This document shows positions 26,646 to 34,828 of a DNA stretch of 35,826 bases, piece after piece (position 1 is the stretch's first letter; the number at the start of each line of letters is the position of its first letter). The stretch comes from a virus (taxonomy: Duplodnaviria; Caudoviricetes): the IMG/VR virus record IMGVR_UViG_3300012157_000005, positions 1 through 35,826 of that record, one strand, 5' to 3'. The position numbers and the translations under genes were made by a program. Below the pieces are notes generated by a model that was not told where the DNA came from, did not search any database, and was given only the letters and a program-made list of their open reading frames with translations.

Positions 26646-28931
26646 ATGCAAATCCTAGTCAACTATGATCCGAAGGAAAAAGGACAGCTCCCCATAGTTG
26701 CAGGATTGCTTAAGAAATATGGAATCTCTGCAAAAGCTTCCTCAGAATCATTTGGAATCTCAGAACTTCTAAATGCAGCAAAGAAATCAAACTCTCAGGG
26801 TATCCTTCTATGCAATGAAGGAACATTAAAAAACTGTGTTCAAGTTCCAGTTAAAACGCAAGCGACTCTCTCAACTTTCCGAGGGAGTCGCTTGAATTTT
26901 TCTATTCCAGCAATTATCTGTGCTCCATTAGAACAACTACATACCTTGACGTATGGACATTTCTTACTTGAAAATGATGTTAAGAAGTTTAGGGAACTTG
27001 GCCGGCCACCAATTCAACTCAAGTTCAAGGTATGTGAGACACAAGAAGATCTATTCAAAGCGGCATTTGTCCTCTCTGAATGTCTTTTTATCTCAGGTGA
27101 CATAGAAACTGATGGTCATTCTCGCATTACTTGCATTGCATTTACAGGAGTTACAGAACAACTTACAACAATAACTTATGTAATTCCCTTTATTGATTTT
27201 GGATTAGATCATTGGCCAACACAAAGCCAATATGCAGATGCAATCCAAACAATGCAAACAATTTGTGCAAATGAAGTCCCCAAGATGTTCTACAATGGAA
27301 ACTATGACTGCCAATATCTTATCAAATATAACTCAGAACCTAATAATTGGGTTCTTGATGCAATGGGTCTTCTTCATGCACAATATGCAGAATTAGAAAA
27401 GAATTTAGCATTTGCAGCATCTCTTCATTGCTATGACTACTACTATTGGAAACTTGAAGATGCTTTAAGTAAAAAGAACAAAGAAATACGTGGATACTGG
27501 GGATACTGTGCAAAAGATTCATGGTATCCTGCTCGTATTTTTCTCAACATGATTCAGGAAGGATATCCATCTTATGCAATTGCGAATTATCAGCGCCTTT
27601 TTAAGTTATGTTATCCATGTATCTATTGTGCCTTTGAAGGTATCAAAATTGATGAAAATGAGAGGCTTAAAGCACGAAAGGAAAGCGAAGAAGAACTTAA
27701 TAAAAGATCACATACTCTCAAAACAATGGCCGCAAATCAGAACTTCAATCCAAACTCAAGTACACAAGTGGCCGTTTTTTTATACGATATTATCGGTGCA
27801 AAATCTATCCAAATTAAAAATAAGGAAACTGGTAAATATGAAATTAAGAAATCCACAGACAAGAAAATTTTACAGAACAAAATTGCACCACAACATCCAT
27901 TGCTTGCACGTATTATAGATGACATAGTTTCATATAGAGAAGAAGTAAAAGCAATTTCAACTTACTTTGACTTTTTACAATATAGGATGCCAGATGAATC
28001 AGATCGTCTCTTATATTCAATGTCTCCCTTTACAACGGATACAGGCCGGTTCTCAAGCAAGCAAAGTAACTTTCGTGAAATAAATTATGAAAAAGGTAAA
28101 GCAATTTCTTATGGTATGCAAATTCAGAATCAACCAACAGATAGTTCTACAAAATCTTTTTTAGTTGCTGATTTAAACTACGAAATGGCAGAGGCAGATA
28201 ATAACAAGTCAGAAGCAAGATGTGTTGCTTTCCTATCTGGCTGTCGAAAGATGCAAACAGCAATTGAAAATCAAGATCGTGATTTCTATAAATCTCTTGG
28301 CCCATTATTCTTTGGAATTCCTTATGAAAAAGTATCAAAGGAACTTCGTAACTCAGCTCTGAAGCATATAGTTCACCAAGCAAATTATCTTGGAGGATGG
28401 GAAGTATTTATTAATAGAATTGGAATTAAAAAAGTATATGAAATTGGAGCAATGTTAGGAAAAAACATTGTTGATGTTAAAGCTTTTGTAAATTGGCTTA
28501 TTTCTAGGTATCATGTAGGATTTCCAGAAGTACAAGAACATTGGAAAGAGATAAGAAGAGAAGTATTACGATCACATAGACTTGTTTCAGTCTTGGGCTA
28601 TACAAGACATTTCTTTGGAAACATAATAGAAGATCACGGAGTTCTTCGAGCAGCAGTTGCACATGAACCACAAAATCTAAGTGTAAGCATTTTGAATAAA
28701 GGTTTTTGGCGAATGTATCGTGATATTGTTCTTCAAGAGCATGGAGCATTTCGCTTAAAAAATCAGATTCATGATGCTATCATGTTTCAATATCTACCAG
28801 AAAGACGAGAAGAATTTAAGATTCGTGTCCTCCAATGCATGGATAATCCTGTTAACGTAAGAGGACAAGTTCTTACTATCCCTGTTGACTATAAATACGG
28901 ACAATCGTGGAAACAAATAAAAGACCAGTAG
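26646..28931 (+). CDS. polA: Family A DNA polymerase with 3'-5' exonuclease and a UDG-like N-terminal remnant
   Basis: ExoI DIET, ExoII YNGNYD, ExoIII YCAKD; TGRFSS; motif A ADNNKSEAR, motif B RNSALKHIVHQANY, motif C QIHDA. Confidence 0.9.
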   Translation: MQILVNYDPKEKGQLPIVAGLLKKYGISAKASSESFGISELLNAAKKSNSQGILLCNEGTLKNCVQVPVKTQATLSTFRGSRLNFSIPAIICAPLEQLHTLTYGHFLLENDVKKFRELGRPPIQLKFKVCETQEDLFKAAFVLSECLFISGDIETDGHSRITCIAFTGVTEQLTTITYVIPFIDFGLDHWPTQSQYADAIQTMQTICANEVPKMFYNGNYDCQYLIKYNSEPNNWVLDAMGLLHAQYAELEKNLAFAASLHCYDYYYWKLEDALSKKNKEIRGYWGYCAKDSWYPARIFLNMIQEGYPSYAIANYQRLFKLCYPCIYCAFEGIKIDENERLKARKESEEELNKRSHTLKTMAANQNFNPNSSTQVAVFLYDIIGAKSIQIKNKETGKYEIKKSTDKKILQNKIAPQHPLLARIIDDIVSYREEVKAISTYFDFLQYRMPDESDRLLYSMSPFTTDTGRFSSKQSNFREINYEKGKAISYGMQIQNQPTDSSTKSFLVADLNYEMAEADNNKSEARCVAFLSGCRKMQTAIENQDRDFYKSLGPLFFGIPYEKVSKELRNSALKHIVHQANYLGGWEVFINRIGIKKVYEIGAMLGKNIVDVKAFVNWLISRYHVGFPEVQEHWKEIRREVLRSHRLVSVLGYTRHFFGNIIEDHGVLRAAVAHEPQNLSVSILNKGFWRMYRDIVLQEHGAFRLKNQIHDAIMFQYLPERREEFKIRVLQCMDNPVNVRGQVLTIPVDYKYGQSWKQIKDQ

Positions 28932-28947
28932 AATCGACAAAGCAAAT

Positions 28948-30192
28948 ATGGCCGTCGAATTCTACAAGAAATACTTCAACTACATTGGTGAAACAGAGGC
29001 TCCTTATATATATCATCGCTGGTGTGCAATATCTATCGTGGCTGCTATTCTCGGAAGAAATGTCTTTTTTCCTTTTGGACATTCTCGTGTTTACCCTAAT
29101 ATGTATGTTATGCTGGAAGGCAATCCAGGAGCTAGAAAAGGAACAGCATTAAAACCAGCCAGAAATCTACTTAAAGGAATTGAATTTGCAAAACTTGCAC
29201 CAGATCGTCTATCAGCAGAACGATTCATTGCAGAAATGCAGCTTCTTAATCAGCCAGAATCAATTGATGGAATAGACTTTGAAAGACTTAACTTTGAAAC
29301 TCCCTCAGAAATATATGTTATGGCAGCAGAGTTCCAAGACTTCATTGGAACAGCCAACATATCATTCATTGTTCTACTTACAAACCTTTGGGACAACCTG
29401 GACGAATACAAGCACCCAAAACTCCACGGAAAATCAATATACGTCTATGCCCCAACCGTTAATCTTATTGCGGCGGCCAATCAACAATCAATAGCACAAG
29501 CACTTCCAATAGAAGCAATAGGACAAGGTGGAACATCCAGAATTGTATTTGTGCATGGTGAGCCTACTGGTAAACAGATTACATTTCCAAAGCCTGTCTC
29601 ACAACAAGCTAAATTGGAAATGGAGTCTTTATTAAAGAAAATACAAGAGGATTTACATGGCGAAATTACCATATCAAATTCTGCAAGAACTTTATTGGAT
29701 AGGGTTTATAAAGAATACTCTTACCTTGATGATTTTCGTTTTAATCATTATAACACCAGACGTTTTGACCATATCCTTAAGCTTTGCATTGTTTTTGCTG
29801 CTATGGATTATTCATTGGAAATTCGAGATTCACATGTATTACAAGCTAATACTTTATTACACGCAACGGAACAAAGAATGGGAAAAGCACTAGGACAATT
29901 TGGTAAAGGAAAACACTCAGATGTTGCAAATGCAATTATTGAATTCATTAAAATAAATCTTACAAGGAATAAAAGGCCGGCAACAGTTAGAGAAATTTGG
30001 AAACAAGTAGATACAAATCTTAATAAGTTTGAAGAATTGGCAGAGATACTTAGAAATCTTGAAGCTGCTGAAAAGATACAGATCAAAGAGATAGCAGGCC
30101 GTCGTGGATACGTTCCACTAACCAAGATAATGAATGGATGGAAGGATGATATGTTATTAAAGGACTTCCTAACACCAGAGGAAATGCCATGA
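28948..30192 (+). CDS. DUF3987/YfjI-like P-loop protein (putative replicative helicase) with possible C-terminal winged helix
   Basis: YPNMYVMLEGNPGARKGTA, AAEFQDF, LTNLWD and GGTSRIVFV motifs; directly after PolA. Confidence 0.7.
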   Translation: MAVEFYKKYFNYIGETEAPYIYHRWCAISIVAAILGRNVFFPFGHSRVYPNMYVMLEGNPGARKGTALKPARNLLKGIEFAKLAPDRLSAERFIAEMQLLNQPESIDGIDFERLNFETPSEIYVMAAEFQDFIGTANISFIVLLTNLWDNLDEYKHPKLHGKSIYVYAPTVNLIAAANQQSIAQALPIEAIGQGGTSRIVFVHGEPTGKQITFPKPVSQQAKLEMESLLKKIQEDLHGEITISNSARTLLDRVYKEYSYLDDFRFNHYNTRRFDHILKLCIVFAAMDYSLEIRDSHVLQANTLLHATEQRMGKALGQFGKGKHSDVANAIIEFIKINLTRNKRPATVREIWKQVDTNLNKFEELAEILRNLEAAEKIQIKEIAGRRGYVPLTKIMNGWKDDMLLKDFLTPEEMP

Positions 30193-30527
30193 TAGTTCTT
30201 GATTGGGGTCATCATTACGAGATAGAACAATTAGATAATCCTGATGAATCTAAACAAAAAATTGTCTTTGTTAAACGATATTGTGGTTTTGATAATCATC
30301 CTGGAACAACCAACCAAGAACTACTTAGAGTTTTAATTAGTAGAGTTCAGTTTTTAGAAAATCAATTATCTTGGATTGGAAATGAACAAATTATACATCA
30401 TTTACGAATGGCATTAGTTTTGCATGAAGCAAGAGCTTTAATACGCAAAGTAGAAAAACACCAATTAAATCCAGAAAATATTGCTATTAATAAAAAAGAT
30501 GGCCATTTTATTTTGACAAAAATATGA
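30189..30527 (+). CDS. Tad1/Acb2-like protein (candidate anti-defence nucleotide sponge)
   Basis: HHYEI...IVF...GTTNQELLRVLISRV...N..II..L..AL...R...R parallels the Tad1 pattern as recalled. Confidence 0.55.
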   Translation: MIVLDWGHHYEIEQLDNPDESKQKIVFVKRYCGFDNHPGTTNQELLRVLISRVQFLENQLSWIGNEQIIHHLRMALVLHEARALIRKVEKHQLNPENIAINKKDGHFILTKI

Positions 30528-31003
30528 ACATTCTTTCCCTACCAATCCTCAAGCTAATTGCTCGTGGCCGGCCTTGTAAACAGATTCTCTTCAACAACAC
30601 TCCCTATCTTGAACGCTTTTATCTTTTTCGTATATTTGGTTATACTTACTACTTGCATCGTATACTTTTTGCAGATGCAGATCGTGATCTTCATAATTAT
30701 CCTTGGCAATCTGCTTATTCTCTTATCCTTAATGGTTCTTACATTGAACGTCGTCTTGAATTTGGTTTTCAAAAACGCAAGATTGAATATATATCACCTG
30801 AAGTTATCAATATTATTCGTGGCTACTATTTCTACAAAAATATTGATCGTTTTAATCACTTTGGTGAGTATTCTTGGCATACAATTATGGAGATCAATGA
30901 ACCAGAAACTTGGCTTTTGTTTTGGCATTCTACCCCATTTAGAGAATGGGGCTTTTTAAGAGCAACAGGTTTTCAAAAAGCAAAGGAGAAAGTGTGGGAT
31001 TAG
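30524..31003 (+). CDS. Cupin-fold (cysteine dioxygenase/RmlC-like) protein
   Basis: PYLER, YLH...D.DRDLHNYPW, SLILNGSYIE, WHTI, TWLLF and REWGF, typical of a phage cupin family. Confidence 0.65.
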   Translation: MNILSLPILKLIARGRPCKQILFNNTPYLERFYLFRIFGYTYYLHRILFADADRDLHNYPWQSAYSLILNGSYIERRLEFGFQKRKIEYISPEVINIIRGYYFYKNIDRFNHFGEYSWHTIMEINEPETWLLFWHSTPFREWGFLRATGFQKAKEKVWD

Positions 31004-31809
31004 GTGATGAAATAATGGTAACAGCTCTTGTCAAAAAGAATAGAAGAGAAAATCCTATTCCTCACGTTATTGTTAACTCAAAAGGCTTAATGCGTTGGAG
31101 TGTTGCTTGGGAAAATAATCCATACATTTTAAACAAAAAAGAGCTACTTGGACATAGGCCAAATTTTGATAAAAACTATTATACATTATCTTCTGGAAAT
31201 GGTGGAGGCCGTCACTACATTGATTATGAAAAATCCAAACATCATCAATTCTATGTATGGAAAGAATGGGATATAGAACCTGGTGAAATTTTTCTTTCAG
31301 AAAAAGAGTACGAACTTGCAAAGAATTTTCAAAAAGGTTATGGTAATCCAATTATTCTCATTGAACCAACAATTAAAGGACATCTTCAAGAAAATAAGAA
31401 TTGGGGAAAGCATAATTGGCAACATTTAACAAAACAATTAGATAAAAATAACATACGCACAATTCAATTAAATCATTTTTATTCAAAACTAAACTTAACT
31501 AGTAATATACATACAGTTCATTCAATTCGTGAAATATTTGCTTATATCTCTGTAGCAGATATGATTATCTCACATGAAGGTGGCTTTCATCATGCTGCTG
31601 CTGCATTAGGAACTCCTGGAATTGTTATATTTGGAGGGTATATAGATCCAAAAATTACAGGATACCCAATTCATACAAATCTTACAGGCACAAAAGTATT
31701 TTGTGGCAATCTTATTCCATGTTCACATTGTCGTAAGGCAATGAATTCAATTACACCCGAGAAAGTTGTTTATGAAACCTTAAAGATTTTGGAGAAGAAA
31801 TATGGATAG
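30994..31809 (+). CDS. Glycosyltransferase, GT9 (heptosyltransferase)-like GT-B fold
   Basis: GTG 30994 with AAGGAG SD; GLGDEIM, NNPYI, EGGFHHAAAALGTPGIVIFGG and C-terminal CxxxxxCxxC..AMNSITPEKV. Confidence 0.85.
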   Translation: MGLGDEIMVTALVKKNRRENPIPHVIVNSKGLMRWSVAWENNPYILNKKELLGHRPNFDKNYYTLSSGNGGGRHYIDYEKSKHHQFYVWKEWDIEPGEIFLSEKEYELAKNFQKGYGNPIILIEPTIKGHLQENKNWGKHNWQHLTKQLDKNNIRTIQLNHFYSKLNLTSNIHTVHSIREIFAYISVADMIISHEGGFHHAAAALGTPGIVIFGGYIDPKITGYPIHTNLTGTKVFCGNLIPCSHCRKAMNSITPEKVVYETLKILEKKYG

Positions 31810-32548
31810 ACAAATTAGCCTGCTCATTCCATCAAGAGGTCGGCCAGAACGCCTCATTGAAATGATGGCATCTGCTTGGGGAACATCTGATAAAACACTT
31901 GAACCTTTACAGTTCTGTGTTGGTTTAGATGAAGATGATCCTGCATATTCTACTTATATAAAAACCTTAGAAGAAGCTGATCTTACTCTTAATATTGCGT
32001 ATCATATATCAACAAAGCAGATGTCAGCTCCTGAGCATCTTAATAGAATGGCAACAACAATTGCTTCAGGTGATCTTATGTTTGCACTAGGAGATGATGT
32101 TATCTTTAGAACAATAGGATGGAATACAGAAATCAATCTTCTTTGGGATAAAGTTCCAGATAATATCTTAGTTGCTTATTGCAATAATGGAATGAATCGT
32201 GAGAAATGTGAGCATTTTATCTTGCACAGTGATTGGATACACCTTTTAGGTAATATTTGTCCTCCTTACTTTCGTCACTTTTGTGTTGATGCTTGGGTTG
32301 AGGATATTGCAAAACGAATTAATAGACTTTCATGGCTTAAATATGTTACAGTTGAACACATGCATTTCAAATATGGTAAAGCAAAAACTGATGAAACATA
32401 TCAAGCAGTTCGTTATCCAATAGGTAATTCTTCAGTCTCACAATTTGATACTGAAATGTATAATAAAACAGACATCGAAAGAATTAAGATTGCAAATAAA
32501 TTACGAGCATACATTGAGTCAAAATCAACAACTTCAGCAAGAACCTAA
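31802..32548 (+). CDS. Glycosyltransferase, GT2-like GT-A fold
   Basis: ISLLIPSRGRP, LDEDDP, GDLMFALGDD (DxD-like) and FCVDAW motifs. Confidence 0.8.
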   Translation: MDRQISLLIPSRGRPERLIEMMASAWGTSDKTLEPLQFCVGLDEDDPAYSTYIKTLEEADLTLNIAYHISTKQMSAPEHLNRMATTIASGDLMFALGDDVIFRTIGWNTEINLLWDKVPDNILVAYCNNGMNREKCEHFILHSDWIHLLGNICPPYFRHFCVDAWVEDIAKRINRLSWLKYVTVEHMHFKYGKAKTDETYQAVRYPIGNSSVSQFDTEMYNKTDIERIKIANKLRAYIESKSTTSART

Positions 32549-33389
32549 ATTTTTACAATATTATGTCCGTGAAAAATTTGCATCAATTTCTCTTCAAATC
32601 TTCAAAGGCTTTGATATTAAGAATCATGGAGCTTGGGTTCCTGCATCAAGAGGACAAATTTACTTTGGGCAAGGATATACACATATTGTTACAGGACTTC
32701 AATATGGATCACTTAGGGTTTTTCAACAGATCTACAATATCCAACATGCAAGACGTGAACCCTATCTTTTTATTGATGCTGGCTATTTGCTTGCTAAGCC
32801 TCATCTTACAGATATTGATACTTGGCGACTTAGAATCGTTCCTAATGCTTATCAAATGAATTGGATTTCAAAGAATCAAGATGACTCGAAACTGATTGCA
32901 TTATGTGTTAAGGGACTTCAAGTATATGATGGCTGGAGAGAAACAAATTCTAAGAAATATATCTTACTTATTCCTCCATCATCTGATGCAGTCTCACAAG
33001 TTTTCGGTTTATCAAACTGGGAAACTCAAGTTCTTATAAAATTAAAAGAGCACACAAAACGAGAAATCATTATAAGAAGAAAAGGAAATGAAGTTCCTCT
33101 TATGGCTCATTTGTCTGGTGCTCATGCAGTTGTTGCTTATACTTCTAATGTTTCTACCGATGGGGCCGTCGCAGGTATTCCAGCATTTTGTTCACAATTT
33201 GCTGCGGCAGCTCCTATTTCATTGAGGCTTGAGAATTTAGATATGATTGAAAATCCGTGGAGACCATCTAGGGAAATTAGGGAAAATTGGCTTTTAAGTC
33301 TTGCAAACAATCAATTCTTGCTAAAAGAGATTGTAGAGGGAAAAGCAAGAGAGATTGTGATGAAAGAGATGTATGGAATTTACTCCTAA
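32445..33389 (+). CDS. Putative GT-B glycosyltransferase (KpsC/KpsS-like C-terminal region)
   Basis: YLFIDAGY, ILLIPPS, IIIRRK and AHAVVAYTSNVSTDGAVAGIPAF motifs; start uncertain (possibly TTG 32514). Confidence 0.65.
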   Translation: MILKCIIKQTSKELRLQINYEHTLSQNQQLQQEPKFLQYYVREKFASISLQIFKGFDIKNHGAWVPASRGQIYFGQGYTHIVTGLQYGSLRVFQQIYNIQHARREPYLFIDAGYLLAKPHLTDIDTWRLRIVPNAYQMNWISKNQDDSKLIALCVKGLQVYDGWRETNSKKYILLIPPSSDAVSQVFGLSNWETQVLIKLKEHTKREIIIRRKGNEVPLMAHLSGAHAVVAYTSNVSTDGAVAGIPAFCSQFAAAAPISLRLENLDMIENPWRPSREIRENWLLSLANNQFLLKEIVEGKAREIVMKEMYGIYS

Positions 33390-33618
33390 AGATCAACAAC
33401 TTCTTGTATACATGCAAGGTGAATTTGCTGGCAAAAAGTTCTGTGGAGGGATGGTTTTAAAGTATATTAAAGATGATAATTATAAAATTACTCAAATTGC
33501 TCCTATTTTTGATAATCACTTCTATCGAAATGTTCTAATAACAATAGAGAATATAGAAGCAAAATGCAAAAATAATAATTGGACTGTGCAGTTTACACCA
33601 ATAAGGATACCTGCATGA
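33373..33618 (+). CDS. Hypothetical protein
   Basis: 81 aa, packed in operon. Confidence 0.6.
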   Translation: MEFTPKDQQLLVYMQGEFAGKKFCGGMVLKYIKDDNYKITQIAPIFDNHFYRNVLITIENIEAKCKNNNWTVQFTPIRIPA

Positions 33619-33824
33619 ATATAAAATCAGAGTTAGGACACGTTTTGGATGCAACAATTCCTCCACAAGAACATATGTCTTCAAATAAGAATGAGTTTTA
33701 CTTTCACCATCTTATTCATAATGGACATAAACTTATCATTGTAAGAGAACAGCCAATTAAAGATGATTTCTTAAAATTAATAAGACCATATTTGCAGAAA
33801 CAATTTCCAACACGAGACTTTTGA
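33615..33824 (+). CDS. Hypothetical protein
   Basis: ATG 33615 (ATGA overlap); AAGGA SD. Confidence 0.55.
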   Translation: MNIKSELGHVLDATIPPQEHMSSNKNEFYFHHLIHNGHKLIIVREQPIKDDFLKLIRPYLQKQFPTRDF

Positions 33825-33825
33825 T

Positions 33826-34224
33826 ATGACCAAGAAAAAAGATACAGGCATTGCCAAAGTTGATGCCAAAATGTCAACAGGTGAAATTAAATCCTTTCCA
33901 ATGCAAGAAGAAATACGAGATATATTAAATAAGTTAGAAGGACGGCTCCCAGGAAATCTTGGATTTGATCCAAACAATGCAACAACAAAAGAGCTAGAAG
34001 ATAACCACTTTTCAGGCTATCGTCTTAATGTCTTTGTTAATCAAATTGAACTATGGTGCAATGGAAAGATTCTTACTACACGAAATGCCCAAGCTGCTGC
34101 TGCTAATCCTGGGATTCTTGCGGAAATGCATGAGGAAGCATTTCACACGGTGGGAAGTATTGTTGCTGTGGAACTACAAACACAGAAAGAACAACCACCT
34201 TTTGATAAGAAGGAGCTACACTAA
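33826..34224 (+). CDS. Hypothetical protein
   Basis: 132 aa. Confidence 0.7.
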   Translation: MTKKKDTGIAKVDAKMSTGEIKSFPMQEEIRDILNKLEGRLPGNLGFDPNNATTKELEDNHFSGYRLNVFVNQIELWCNGKILTTRNAQAAAANPGILAEMHEEAFHTVGSIVAVELQTQKEQPPFDKKELH

Positions 34225-34469
34225 TGGGCCTAGAACTTCTTAACCAAACAATGGATCAGGCCGGCACAGGACTCTCAGCAGAAGAAGTTGCTGTTTTGGC
34301 CGGCCAAATCCAAGACTTAAAAACCTTACTTGATAATCCACCAAATGGAATGTCTAACTGGGATTATGAGTTTATTGAATCTGTTTCAATCGCATATGAA
34401 GAACTTAAAGTCTTAAGTAAGAACAGAATTGAAAACATTGAAAGACTTTATATGAGGCATTGTAGTTAG
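34224..34469 (+). CDS. Hypothetical acidic protein, last gene of the rightward arm
   Basis: 81 aa; AAGGAG SD; TAATG coupling. Confidence 0.7.
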   Translation: MGLELLNQTMDQAGTGLSAEEVAVLAGQIQDLKTLLDNPPNGMSNWDYEFIESVSIAYEELKVLSKNRIENIERLYMRHCS

Positions 34470-34828
34470 ACATTAGTCCATCTTCCATTTTTAATAAAAC
34501 CATGATCTTTACAAGGACAATGTGATTGTAAACTAGGTAATATTGTTAGTGGCCTCCATGATTCTACTGTCCACATATTACCAAAACCTTTAACTTTATC
34601 AGTAAGTTCAGTATGAAAATATATACCTCCTTCATGATAACCACTTTCAGTTTTACATACATGACTTACAATGGCACCAACAATTGGTTGTTCTTTTATT
34701 AATTGTTCTAAATATTGATACTGTGGATTTAAGGATAAATCAGGATTCCAATGAAGCCAACGAAATAAATGCTTATCATCAAATAAATATATTTCATTAT
34801 CTAAATATAAATCAGATGGTTGCTTAAT
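34466..34828 (-). CDS. DUF6527-like protein without a canonical start codon (not in ORF track)
   Basis: Open frame 34837-34466: IIYIKQPSDLYLDNEIYLFDDKHLFRWLHWNPDLSLNPQY...WTVESWRPLTILPSLQSHCPCKDHGFIKNGRWTNV; C-terminal motif fits DUF6527. Confidence 0.65.
   Translation of the reverse strand: MKQPSDLYLDNEIYLFDDKHLFRWLHWNPDLSLNPQYQYLEQLIKEQPIVGAIVSHVCKTESGYHEGGIYFHTELTDKVKGFGNMWTVESWRPLTILPSLQSHCPCKDHGFIKNGRWTNV

Noticed and set aside
23067-28931. 2-aminoadenine (Z) or 7-deazaguanine genome
   Set aside because: No PurZ, DatZ, DpdA, QueC/D/E or FolE motifs recognised in the window.
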